DNA of 64,000 bases, from NCBI GenBank assembly GCA_037447605.1, contig CM074812.1, positions 744,001 through 808,000 of the forward strand, given 5' to 3'. Position 1 is the first letter of the stretch, and the number at the start of each line of letters is the position of its first letter. The notes under the pieces are model-generated. The model was not told the DNA's origin and made no database searches. It was given only the letters and a program-made list of their open reading frames with translations. A program made the translations under genes and the position numbers. Positions 27,749 through 40,300 of the stretch are shown here, piece after piece. Source of the DNA: Zygnema circumcarinatum SAG 698-1b. Its lineage: Eukaryota > Plantae > Zygnematophyceae.

Positions 27749-30700
27749 GTCGAGTCGGGCTCTCCCCAGAGCAACAGCAGCGGCAGCAGCACCCTCGTGG
27801 AAGGCCTTAAGCACAGCTCCTCTTTGCCTCTGCCGGCCATGGCGGATGTGCCTGCCACCGTGGGAGGGAGGAAGGAGAGGGAGAGGGAAGGAGAGCTCCC
27901 AGCGGGAGCCGCCATGGCTGCTGAGGGGGACAGAGCGAACGACAGCAGCTTCTCAGCGGCCCATATGGAGGTGGAGCCCCTCTCTGCTTTCTCCTCGTGG
28001 TTTCCAAACCTTTTCAGAGCTCGAGGATTTGAAGCCCTCTGGCTGCGGGTTTTGGAGGTTTTGAGATTTAGGGTTTTAGCGGGAGCGCGGGGGAGCAGAG
28101 GCGCGCTCTGGACCGTACGATCACGCTTGGAAGCTCCGCATGGGACGAGATTCCGCCGATCGATCCGCGCGTGTTGGAGCCGCCGTGGTGCCCCGACAAC
28201 CTGCTGCGGGCCGAGTCATATAGGTGAGGGAGGGAGAGGGGGAGGAGAGAGAGGNNNNNNNNNNAGAGGGGAGAGGGGAGAGGGGAGAGGGGCGATGCAT
28301 GCAATTCTTGCTTGCAACACTTTGTCTGTTGGCTTACATCGGCATGGAATGCCAAAGGACTTGAGGCCATACATAGTCTACATGCAGGAAGACTTTAAAA
28401 GACAATGAATTTTTAAAGAGCCTTCATATTCTTGTTACAATGTTAAGAAAACAAAGGAAAATCTGACATTCTTTTCACATTCTCTATTTTTTATGCAGTA
28501 TTACAGAACTGCTCGCTGGCGATTACGCCTCTCCCGCTGTGTTCGATCCTCCCGACGAGAAGCCTCCCGACCTCTTCACAGCTCAGCGTCCCTCTCTCTC
28601 TCTCCCTCTCCCTCTCCCTCTCCCTTTCCCTCTCCCGTCCCAAACGGACTCCATGTTAGTTGACAGTTTCTGGCGACGGCAATCCGCCGGCTTAGCACGC
28701 GTCTCTGCTTTGAACCTGCTTGACCTGCGCGAACGAGGAGATGGAGAAGGGAGAGAAGCTGGGAATGAAGGAGGAGGGAGAGAGAGAGAGGAGGGGAGGG
28801 CCAGTGGGAGAGGAGGAGGTAGCGGTAACGAGATGTTCGGGAGAGCTCCGGACCTCTTTGTCAAAGAGGAGAGGGAGGAGGGTGGGAGAGTAGAGAGAGA
28901 GAGAGTGAGAGTGAATGGGGAGAGTGTGGAGCAGGAAACCATGGCTGCCTGCTCGGAGCAGGAAGAAGACAGTGTGAGAAAAGAACTTTCGCATGAAAAT
29001 TGGCTTGTTTCTGATCCGTATCATTCGTCGGTGACTGCTGTTAGTAGTAGGAGGTCTCCCTCTCCCAAAGGGAAAGCAAGGAGAAAGTCCAATTTTGGAG
29101 GAACTCCGGAAACTAATAAAGCGTGGTTGGCAGTACAGAGAGCAGCGGGAGGGCCGGGAATGGGAGGGGGAGAGGGAGGGAGCTCCGTGGATCAGAATGA
29201 GAGCAAAAATTTGGATTCTAGTATGTGGGGACAACAGAAACGGAGGCATGGAGACAGTACGGAGAGTCCCTTCGCCTCTCCCGGAACGAGTGGAGGAGAG
29301 AGTCTGGAGGAGGGCAGCCATGGCTTCCAGGAGGCCATGGTTTTGCAGCAGAGGCCAAAGTCTCCAAGGGGGGGGAGGGGGGCGAGTCCTAGGAGTAGTA
29401 TGGAGATAATGGGAGGAGGAGGAGGAGGAGGGGAGGATGGAGAGAGAGGGAGGGGTGTGGTTGGGAGGGAGGAGGGAGGGAGGGAGAGGATATGGAGGGA
29501 GGGAGGAGGAGAGGGAGGGAGAGCAGGAGCAGTGGAGAGGCTGTGGAGAGTGGTGGCGGAGGCGCAGCAGCTTCTTGGAGCCATGGCTGCTTTGGATGGG
29601 GAGGGACCAGAAACGCAGGAAGGGAGGAGGTGCAGTAGAGGATCAAAATGGGAGAGGCACAGCTGCTTGCTTCGAAGGTAAGATAATTCTAAAAATTTTA
29701 AAGGTTCAATTACCTATTTCTTTCCTTTTTCCCTCTTTTTCCTCTTCCTCTTTTCACTCCACACCCTGCTGCTCTCTCCCCTCCTTCCTCTTTTTAATGT
29801 TCTTTGAGCTTTCTCTTTCTGTTTGTTTTTCTCCAATATTCAGATGGCAGGGAGAAGATCAGCCTCAGCTGAGCAGCAGCAGACAGGCACTGGAGAGGGC
29901 TGAGGGCCTGAGCAAAGAGGCTTGCTCACAGCTGGCAGACCAAGGTGAGTACTGGTGTGTTCTGCTGCATGCTAGCTCTTTCATGTTGTCTCACTGTTTG
30001 CATATATCTCTGCATGCTAGTTGTCATGCATTTTTCAGTGTTGTTGCTGCTGCATTTTGGTTGTTTCATGTTGTTGTTGTTGCATTGGTTGCATGCTGGT
30101 TGTTGTTGTTGTTGCATGTTGTTTGTTGTTGTTGCATGCTGGTTGTTTCATGTTGTTGTTGTTTGCATTTTGGTTGTTTCATGTTGTTGTTGTTGCATTT
30201 TGGTTGTTTCATGTTGTTGTTGTTGCATGCTGGTTGTTTCATGTTGTTGTTGTTGCATTTTGGTTGTTTCATGTTGTTGTTGTTGCATGCTGGTTGTTTC
30301 ATGTTGTTGTTGTTGCATGTTGTTTCATGCCGTCTCATGTTGGTTGATGCCATTCCATGTTGCTTCAGGCTGTTTCAGGTTGCTCCATACCAAGTCATGT
30401 CAATCGATGTTGTCAGTTCATGCCAGCTCCGTCGGCCAATGTCGGTTCATGTCACTCATCTTTATTTTCAGTTCATGTTTAACTTTTATGCCAATCGATC
30501 ACATCGATAATGGTGTGAACATGAACTCGTTGCGTAGCCCTGAAAGTTGAAACGACATGTTCCAGAAACTCTAAAAGTGTGACCTCGAGAATGAGTGTGC
30601 TGTTAGTTAGAACTGTCAGATTGGATGCACCATGCAAACCTGGTCCTATTGGGTCATTACTTTAATGACATTTTGTTAGTTGATAAACATTACGGTTTTT

Positions 30701-30969
30701 TAGGGCTTTTACGCTTCACCTATGTCCGTGTAGAGATAATTTTCTTTATAACTCTTAAAAACTTAGAACTCGACTTGAACTTTTACGAAAGCTTAAAAAT
30801 AACACAAGTTTTGAGGTATACATCACAATGCTTAGAATGACTGCTCAGTTTACCCTTAAAACCCTAAAATGACATTCAAGCTCTGAACCCTTCAAACTGC
30901 CTCCCCTTGATGTGAGCAGGAAGCACTCGCGGCGGAACTTTCAAGTGCCTAAAAGGTCCCCCTTTGTAA
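27749..30969 (+). CDS. 3' exons of an orphan low-complexity protein (27749-27970, 28099-28223, 28499-29677, 29844-29944, 30920-30969); no recognisable domain
   Basis: Five segments bounded by AG/GT join in consistent phase (0,2,2,1) into an open frame. The 5' end lies in or beyond the gap at 27477-27605. The last exon is tentative. Confidence 0.6.
30030..30330. repeat. 30-bp minisatellite CATGTTGTTGTTGTTGCAT(TT/GC)TGGTTGTTT in an intron
   Basis: Seen directly; several near-identical units. Confidence 0.9.
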
Positions 30970-31569
30970 GTTAACACTTTTTCGGCGCAATTTGTTCAAC
31001 TTCTGAAAAAAAGGAGGGAACGAGAACCAACAGAAAAATATGGCAGGGCCGCCTAAAAGTGGCGTTCCATGCTAGTCATAATTCCGTTACCGTTCCGTTC
31101 CGTTCCATGCTCTGTAAATTTGGGGCCGCAGTCTGTGTGATACATACAGGGGAGGCCATGGCTTGGGGACACTTTGAACGGAGGGCCCCACAAAGAAAGG
31201 GCACCTCCTTGTGATGTTTATATGTCGCCGTTTAACGGAAGCTGTTTGAGTGCTGTTTAACGCTGAGGTGGTGATGTTGGGACCATTAGCTCTGACAGGA
31301 GCTGGGGGTTCGGTTGAAAGTACATGGGAGAAGGGAGGAAAGGAAGGTCGAAAGGAGAGAGAGGGAGTGGGAGAGGGGTGGGAAGAGGGAGAGGGGAGGA
31401 GGAAGTGAGAAGAGGGGGAGTGCGAGGGAGCGAGAGCGGGAGAGGGAGAAGAAGAGTGGTCGAGGGAGAGTGAGGAAGGTCGAGGGAGGGGAAGAGTGAG
31501 GAGAAGGAGTGGTAGCGAGAAGAGAGCGAGAGAGAGGAGGGAGAGAGTTGCACGGGTCGGAGCATTAGA

Positions 31570-31905
31570 TCAACCATTCGGATGGTTTAAAACCATTGGA
31601 TCCAATGGGTGGCAACCATTTTGAATGCTTCCGAACCATTGGCGCCAGACCAAAACAACCATTCGAATGGTTGCGAACTATTGGCCGTCCAACCATTGCC
31701 GTCCAATGGTTGTCCAATGGTTGGCGATCCAATGGTCCGACCTCTTGAGAGTTGCTCGAATCAGTGGCAATGGTTGGTTGGCCTGTGAACCAATGGTTGA
31801 TTGGCTCGTGAACCAATGGTTGGTTGGCTCGTGAACCAATGGTTGGTTGGCTCGTGAACCAATGGTTGGTTCACAACCAACCATTTTTACGGTTCAATTC
31901 AACGG
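31570..31905. mobile_element. AACCATTGG/CCAATGGTT motif array (subterminal-repeat-like, with 23-bp unit x4); related sequence at 47778-47910
   Basis: The motif faces one way in the left half and the other way in the right half. CCAACCATTGCCGTCCAATGGTTGTCCAA (~31688) matches CAACCCTTGCCATCCAATAGTTGTCCAA (~47880). Confidence 0.5.
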
Positions 31906-32149
31906 TACAAGCTTGGGCATGTGTGTGCGCGTAGCGGATCGTCGCTGGAACATGATTGGCTGAAATAGCTCAAGTTTGAGAGATAATCGCACACCCTACT
32001 TGCAGGGCACACTGCACACAATAAGCCGGTGTGTTCGTAGCCGGCACGACCGTACATGCGCCATCATGAGCCGCATCCCGTCATCGTCACATCCTTGAAG
32101 CCCATTCATTTTCGGGAGTTTTCGGTATTATTTTCGGTACTTACGGGGA

Positions 32150-32420
32150 TCCTAACCCTAAACCCTAAATCCTAGACCCTAACTCTAAACTACCCTAAAC
32201 CCTAACCCTAAACCCTAAACCCCAAACCCGAATTCCTAAACTAAACGCTAAACCTTAAACCCTAATTCCAAAACCCTAAACCCTAATTCCTAAACCTGAA
32301 ACCCTAAACCCTAGACCCTCAACCCTAAACCCTAATTCCAGAACCCTAACCTCTAAACCTTAAACCCTAAACCCTGACGCCTAAACCTTAAACCCGAAAC
32401 CCTAACCCTAAACCCTAGAA
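32150..32420 (-). repeat. Degenerate (CCCTAAA)n interstitial telomere-like array
   Basis: Seen directly. Confidence 0.9.
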
Positions 32421-32568
32421 CCAGTCTCAAAAATTCCCGTATTTTTGACGCCTGCCCGCGGCCCCAAAGGCCCGGCCCTCAGCGCCCGAATCCGGCGCCG
32501 GTCTGGCCCCGGCCGCCGCCGGACCCGCGCCGTACGGTCAGCCGGCCGGGGGTCCTGCCTGCTGGCGC

Positions 32569-34041
32569 GCCCGGCCGGCCGGCTGGGCCAAAAGTCTTTA
32601 AATACGGGCGTCCGTACAAACCCGCCACAGGAGAATTCGACAGGGGCACGTAGTTTGGTTTTTTGTTGACATCATCAGGTGGACGTGACGTGAGCATTTC
32701 ATAAAACGACAAAGTAATCGTGTTTTGGCTTCTATAGAGACGACGAGCTCCACGTTCCGACAAACTCACTGCCACGTGAGATTTGTGTTTTGGAAAATTT
32801 TGCAAATTCTTGAAAGTTAACGGGACCTATAAACGTAATGGTCCGTTGTAACTGCTCGGCAACCTCAATCGTCGATCTGAAAACGGACGGTGACGATGCA
32901 TCTGAAAGCATGCCAAACATTTCTTGTACTATCTCGGAAATGTCGGCGGCAGTTGGTCCCACCGACATTCGTACAAGAGGTCACGCCAATCGTCCGTACA
33001 GTGACGCGACAACCAACGGCCAATCCCGGGCTGCTGCCGGCACGATCTGGGTCTCCCATTGGTCAGAGTTCCGGAGATCGAGGAGCTGATCAACCCGCTG
33101 GCACCTCCCTTCGCCAGATTTTTAACTTTACGGATCCAGTCCGATCATAACCTCAGATCCACTCTCTTAACCGAAGGTCTACTTCTAGATCCATAGCCGT
33201 GACCCAAGATCAACCATTTCAATTCCACCCACTTTCCTGGATCCACATACCTGCTGGCCGCTGGGATTTGTCACCATCCAACCGCCCGCCGCCACGTGTC
33301 CCCCTGCTGCCACGTGGTGAAGGCCCGCCTTGAAGCGCCGATGGCGCGAAGCGCCGCCCGGCCACTTGGAGCTCCAAAACTGCGACCCGTACGTTCGTAC
33401 GGAATGGTCTACGCATGGGTGTACGGACAGCCGGAGGGGAAGCTTTGGGGGGAGGCAGCCAGCCAGGCGGCGCCACGTGGCGGGGCACTCCGGAGGGGTA
33501 GGAAGGCATGAGTGTGGGAGAGGGAGGGTCGGGGAGAGAAATGGGAGAGAGAGGGAGGGGGAGGGAGGGGGAGGGAGGGGGAGGGAGGCGGAGGGTTTAG
33601 GGTTGGGGGCGGCGGCGATGGACGGGCAGATGGGTGGCACGTGGCTGCTGCAGAAGCTGCAAGGGATGGCGGCGGCGCAGCAGCAGCAGCAGCACATGGC
33701 GCGATCGCAGGTGGGGGAGAGGGAGGGACAGGGAGAGGGAGAGAGGGGGGAGGGAGGGGAAGGAGAGGAGGGAGAGGGATGGAGGGTGGGAGAGGAGAGG
33801 AGGGAGAGGAAGGGGAGAAGAGGACGGAGAGAGGGGAGACGAGGGAGAGGGGGAGAGGGGGGAGGGAGAGGGAGGAGAGGAGGCAGCGGGAGGTAGGGAG
33901 GGACGAAGAGGGAAAGGGGGGAGGGGGTGAAGAGAAGGAGAGGGAGAGCGGAAGAGAGAGAGGGAGAGAGTAAGTAAGTGAGAGACAGAGAGAGGTCTTA
34001 GGAAGCTCACATTGCCAATGTGGAGAGTGACCGAGAGGGCG

Positions 34042-34098
<57 letters not shown>

Positions 34099-36471
34099 CT
34101 GAAGAGTTCGCATGGCCAATGTTGAGAGAGAGGGCGAGAGAGGGAGAAAAAGACAGAGGTTGAGAGTGAGGGAGAGGAAGAGGAAGAGGAGATGGAGAGG
34201 AAGTGAGAGGATGGGAGAAGGAGAGGGAGAGGGTGTGCGGAAGAAGGGGAGTGAGCATGAAATTGGGTAAAAGGAAGGAGGACGGAGCAGAGAGTCGTGA
34301 AAAGAGAGAAAAGAGGGAGAGAGATTGGTAGTGGGAGAGAAGAGGGAGGGGGTTAGGAGGCAGGAAGAGTGGGTGAGGGGAGAAGGAGAGTGCGGGAAAA
34401 CAGGAGCTGGACAAGGAGGAAAGATAAAGGTGATGGGTTTGAAGGGAACAGGGAGAGCAGAGTGAGGTGGAGAGAGAGAAGGGGGGAGAGAGGTATAGAG
34501 GAAGAGAAGAGCAATCGATTGGACGAGGAAGGGAGTGGGTTGAAGAGAGAGAGAGAGGAGAGATCGGGAGAAAGTGGTAGGAGGGCGAGGGAGTGGGGGC
34601 GAGAGAGAGAGAGAGAGAGAAGTGTGGCTAAGGCTATGGCCTGGGCGCCATGCATGCATGCAGGACACATCTCTCTGCCTGCAGCTCCTCCACCAACTCC
34701 AGCAGCAGCAGCACCTCCAGCAGCAGCAGGCCTCCCTCTCCCACTCCTCTCTCCCACAGCTCCTCGCCCTCCTCTCCCACCCCCCCTCCTCCCCCTTGGG
34801 AGCGCTCTCCCGCACGGCCTCGCCGCAGTCGGCGCGCGATACACTGATCGGCATCGCGCAGGAGGTGGGGCGTCTGGCGGAGAGGGAGAGGGAGAGGGAG
34901 AGAGAGAGAGAGAGGGAGAGAGAGAGGGAGAGGGCCCCTCTCGGAGGTGTGGGGCAGGGCGGGACTTCCGCGCAGGAGCTTCTCTCCAAGNNNNNNNNNN
35001 GCCCGGCCGGCCGGCTGGGCCAAAAGTCTTTAAATACGGGCGTCCGTACAAACCCGCCACAGGAGAATTCGACAGGGGCACGTAGTTTGGTTTTTTGTTG
35101 ACATCATCAGGTGGACGTGACGTGAGCATTTCATAAAACGACAAAGTAATCGTGTTTTGGCTTCTATAGAGACGACGAGCTCCACGTTCCGACAAACTCA
35201 CTGCCACGTGAGATTTGTGTTTTGGAAAATTTTGCAAATTCTTGAAAGTTAACGGGACCTATAAACGTAATGGTCCGTTGTAACTGCTCGGCAACCTCAA
35301 TCGTCGATCTGAAAACGGACGGTGACGATGCATCTGAAAGCATGCCAAACATTTCTTGTACTATCTCGGAAATGTCGGCGGCAGTTGGTCCCACCGACAT
35401 TCGTACAAGAGGTCACGCCAATCGTCCGTACAGTGACGCGACAACCAACGGCCAATCCCGGGCTGCTGCCGGCACGATCTGGGTCTCCCATTGGTCAGAG
35501 TTCCGGAGATCGAGGAGCTGATCAACCCGCTGGCACCTCCCTTCGCCAGATTTTTAACTTTACGGATCCAGTCCGATCATAACCTCAGATCCACTCTCTT
35601 AACCGAAGGTCTACTTCTAGATCCATAGCCGTGACCCAAGATCAACCATTTCAATTCCACCCACTTTCCTGGATCCACATACCTGCTGGCCGCTGGGATT
35701 TGTCACCATCCAACCGCCCGCCGCCACGTGTCCCCCTGCTGCCACGTGGTGAAGGCCCGCCTTGAAGCGCCGATGGCGCGAAGCGCCGCCCGGCCACTTG
35801 GAGCTCCAAAACTGCGACCCGTACGTTCGTACGGAATGGTCTACGCATGGGTGTACGGACAGCCGGAGGGGAAGCTTTGGGGGGAGGCAGCCAGCCAGGC
35901 GGCGCCACGTGGCGGGGCACTCCGGAGGGGTAGGAAGGCATGAGTGTGGGAGAGGGAGGGTCGGGGAGAGAAATGGGAGAGAGAGGGAGGGGGAGGGAGG
36001 GGGAGGGAGGGGGAGGGAGGCGGAGGGTTTAGGGTTGGGGGCGGCGGCGATGGACGGGCAGATGGGTGGCACGTGGCTGCTGCAGAAGCTGCAAGGGATG
36101 GCGGCGGCGCAGCAGCAGCAGCAGCACATGGCGCGATCGCAGGTGGGGGAGAGGGAGGGACAGGGAGAGGGAGAGAGGGGGGAGGGAGGGGAAGGAGAGG
36201 AGGGAGAGGGATGGAGGGTGGGAGAGGAGAGGAGGGAGAGGAAGGGGAAGAGGACGGAGAGAGGGGAGACGAGGGAGAGGGGGAGAGGGGGGAGGGAGAG
36301 GGAGGAGAGGAGGCAGCGGGAGGTAGGGAGGGACGAAGAGGGAAAGGGGGGAGGGGGTGAAGAGAAGGAGAGGGAGAGCGGAAGAGAGAGAGGGAGAGAG
36401 TAAGTAAGTGAGAGACAGAGAGAGGTCTTAGGAAGCTCACATTGCCAATGTGGAGAGTGACCGAGAGGGCG

Positions 36472-36528
<57 letters not shown>

Positions 36529-36945
36529 CTGAAGAGTTCGCATGGCCAATGTTGAGAGAGAGGGCGAGAGAGGGAGAAAAAGACAGAGGTTGAGAGTGAG
36601 GGAGAGGAAGAGGAAGAGGAGATGGAGAGGAAGTGAGAGGATGGGAGAAGGAGAGGGAGAGGGTGTGCGGAAGAAGGGGAGTGAGCATGAAATTGGGTAA
36701 AAGGAAGGAGGACGGAGCAGAGAGTCGTGAAAAGAGAGAAAAGAGGGAGAGAGATTGGTAGTGGGAGAGAAGAGGGAGGGGGTTAGGAGGCAGGAAGAGT
36801 GGGTGAGGGGAGAAGGAGAGTGCGGGAAAACAGGAGCTGGACAAGGAGGAAAGATAAAGGTGATGGGTTTGAAGGGAACAGGGAGAGCAGAGTGAGGTGG
36901 AGAGAGAGAAGGGGGGAGAGAGGTATAGAGGAAGAGAAGAGCAAT
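32569..36945. repeat. Near-identical direct duplication, offset 2432 bp (copy 1 from ~32569, copy 2 from 35001), separated by a 10-N gap
   Basis: The ORF sets are identical at offset 2432 (e.g. 32732/35164, 33219/35651). Only a 2-bp indel is seen before the copies diverge near 36945. Confidence 0.92.
33618..34864 (+). CDS. 5' exons (33618-33710, 34664-34864) of a Q-rich orphan protein; exon 1 duplicated at ~36050-36142
   Basis: MDGQMGGTWLLQKLQGMAAAQQQQQHMARSQ|DTSLCLQLLHQLQQQQHLQQQQ...LIGIAQE| with phase-0 GT-AG junctions, preceded by a G-box-rich GC island. Confidence 0.55.
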
Positions 36946-37383
36946 CAGGGTGGAAGGGGAGTGGGTTGAGGCGTCAGGGAGAGAGTGTTGGGAGGGGCGG
37001 GGTGGGGGCGAGGGGAAGTGTGGCTAAGGNNNNNNNNNNNNNNNNNNNNNNNNNNNNNNNNNNNNNNNNNNNNNNNNNNNNNNNNNNNNNNNNNNNNNNN
37101 NNNNNNNNNNNNNNNNNNNNNNNNNNNNNGACTGTCGTATAGTGAGATTTCATCACTTCCTTATTCATTAGAAATGCAGTTGATGCCTCTTAATGTGATG
37201 AAAATGCGAACTCAGATAAGCCTCCTTGATCCCGATAATGATTGAAGTTTGCGAACTCAATATGGATGGGAATAGCAGACATGGTGTGAGACATATTTAC
37301 ATATTTACATTTTAGTCTTATTTAGACTCGCCCAGATCAGCACTACTCATGCTCTGACTGAATTTATCCGAATCTTTTCTTAC

Positions 37384-40300
37384 CTTCTTAGCGATTTGGC
37401 CCAGCACGCAACATCATCTTCCAAAGCCGCCGCTTGTGCAAAGAGAGGATGGTAGAGACAAGCTCTTGCCACTCTCCCTCCCTCCCACTCCCCTTGGAGT
37501 CTCTCACTCGCTTCTCTCCCTCTCACTGCCTCTCTCACCCCTCGACAAACAGTCCTTACGGCTGTCAAGAGCATCTCTCCGCTCTGATATCCTCCATAGA
37601 CTGAAATCAATCCCACAGCAGCTAATCCTCTAGCCCATTGTACCTCCTCTTCATACTCGTTTCCTCCACTCTTCGTCTTCTCCTCTCTCTCTCTCTCACC
37701 TTCACTCAGACACCCGCTCTCTCCCACAGCACCTTCTACCGCAACATCCTTCCCCACATTCAAGCTGTCGTCACCTTCTCTCTCCCCACCTTCAACATTC
37801 CCTTGAATAACATCATCCCCCACTGAATCACTTCTATTTTTTGCCTCGTCCTTCTCCTTTACATGATCATTATTTGGAAAGTGGAGAATTCTCCCTTCCC
37901 TCTTCGGAAGACAATCCATAGCAGAAAGCTTTTTTGCATCTCCCATTTCGACTGCAGCAGGAGAGGGAGACCTAAACCCCACTCCTTTAACAGGGGGCGC
38001 TCTAACAATTGGACCTACTTTGAACCGTGAGCTCGACCTACGGAGACCTGCCAGGTGGCGGCTTGTGATAAGCTGTAGGCCGCACCATGCTAATGCACCT
38101 CTCAATGCTCTCTCTTCCACAGTGCGAGGAATACTGACAGAGGGAGGGGTGGCAATACTCTTGACCTCTTCATTCACAATATCTGTTGAAGGAAATTGGG
38201 GTTCAAATGGGGTATATGGTAAGGACCCCTTGTTTGACACAGTTTTTACAAGCTGAGAATCTTTAGCTGCTACATATTCCGACTCTAACAGTCGTCTCTC
38301 TCTCCCTCTCACACTCATCGACCCTCTTTCGATGAATTGACGAGGAGGTGGGGCAGCCCCTTCATCAGAACTGGAGGAGCATTCATTGTTCAAATCTTGA
38401 CTTTCCCAGAACCTTCCAGAACCCATCTTCAAATCATAAAGAATTCTGTCAGGGAAAAACATCTCCTGCTCTGTACTACAAGGAAAGCTCGAATTCCCAA
38501 CATCTTGCCTTTCCTTAAATGGATGGCCATCACTTATCTGTGGCTGTACTCTCTCCTCCCTCCCCTCTCCCCTCTCTTTCTCACCCACACTCCCACCTCC
38601 GTTATCAAGAAAGGACTTTTCAAGTTCCTCAACATGTTTTTGCTCTTGGTTAGCTGACTTAGTCTGATCCCATGTTTCACTATTAGCTATTTCTTCTCCC
38701 TTTCCTCCACATTCCTCTCTCCCATGTGTTCCCTTCTCTCCCTGTTTGGCCATAATTCCATTTCTTTGAAACCCATTGCTGTTCTCTCCTCCTCTCACAT
38801 CAGCAGAGACCCTTTCCTCCCTCCTCTTCACAAACCACATAGAGAATCGTGCTGCTATAACATGCGAAATCTCTCGAGCTGAAGAAACTTTTGCTAAAAC
38901 TATCTTTTCTTCACTTAGAGGAGGCAATTCCATCCAAAGGCGAGGGATTGCCCCAGAATGTACAAAAAACTGCTGCTTATTTTCTCCTTCTCTATCTCGC
39001 CTTCCCAGAAAAGACAATGTACTTAGTCCTGCTTTTCGACCAGGTTCTTCTTTAGGATAAGGAGGACCCACTTTGCAGAACTGTGTGCTTATTGGCTCCT
39101 GGGATTCAGAGAAGTAGGAGAGGACGTCAGCTGGCAAATCCCTCCCTGACACGTGGCAGGTTGCCTGCATGCACCACAAACCCTAAAAAGTCTCAGAGAC
39201 CCTTAAAGGGCAGAAGTAGCAATAGGACTGATAGAAAGGAAGCAAGATATGAGATATTCAAGAAAGATAAACAAGTCCAAAAGAAAAAAGGAATAATGTG
39301 AAGGCAGAATTTTTGTACCACAATATATAGGGGCCGATCCACGGGCAAGTTTCTGATTTGCTGAATGAATATTTTCCACTCAACAGAAACCATCTCAATC
39401 TCCTTCGATTTTTTCCCTTTCTCTACCTCTATCTCTTCATCCTCCCTTACATTCTGAAGTTTCTGCCCTCCCTCTTCACCTTCCCCATCATCCTCCATAT
39501 CTGTCTCCATATGCATGTTCATCTCCATTGACATTTTGTCACCTGTCAGCATTCCTCTCATCCCATTTCTCCCTTGACCAAAGCTTGCTGGTTGGTCATT
39601 AGTCAAAGATTTTCCAACGGGCAGAATGGAAGGGTTACTTTCCCGGACCGTTTTCTTTCTGTCAATTTCCTGAACTCCGTCCCCTTCCCCTGCCGGCAAA
39701 TTCAAGTTCAACTGCTGCGGTCGACAGCGGGCAGATTTTGTTCCTGAAAAAAGACGGCTCTCCTCTTTCTCGCATTCTGTCGAATGGTGAATTGCCACGT
39801 CAGCATTTGTTGAGGGTTCAGCCACCTCTTCAGCTCGGCAGACCGCCCATGTTTCGACACGTGGCATGAAGAGGATGCAGGGGGCGCTGCGACGTGCGTC
39901 CTCTGTCAAAAGAGAGAGAGAGTGGAAGGGGCGGGTCAGAGAGAGCGAGAGAGAGAGCGAGTGAGAGAGAGGGAGTGAGTGAGAGTAAGAGAGGGAGAGA
40001 GCGAGTGAGAGAGAGGGAGTGAGTGAGATTAAGAGAGGGAGAGAGAGCGCGTGAGAGAGAGGGAGTGAGTGAGAGTAAGAGAGGGAGAGAGAGCGAGTGA
40101 GAGCGAGTAAGAGAGAGAGAGAGCGAGTGAGAGAGAGGGAGTGAGTGAGAGTAAGAGAGGGAGAGAGCGAGTGAGAGAGAGGGAGTGAGTGAGAGAGAGG
40201 GAGTGAGTGAGAGTAAGAGGGAGAGAGAGCGAGTGAGAGAGAGGGAGTGAGTGAGAGTAAGAGAGGGAGAGAGAGCGAGTGAGAGAGAGGAGTGAGTGAG

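Noticed and set aside
32569-36945. Duplication as the LTR pair of a retrotransposon
   Set aside because: The copies are adjacent across a 10-N gap with no internal gag/pol, PBS or TG..CA ends. A tandem duplication or assembly overlap is more likely.
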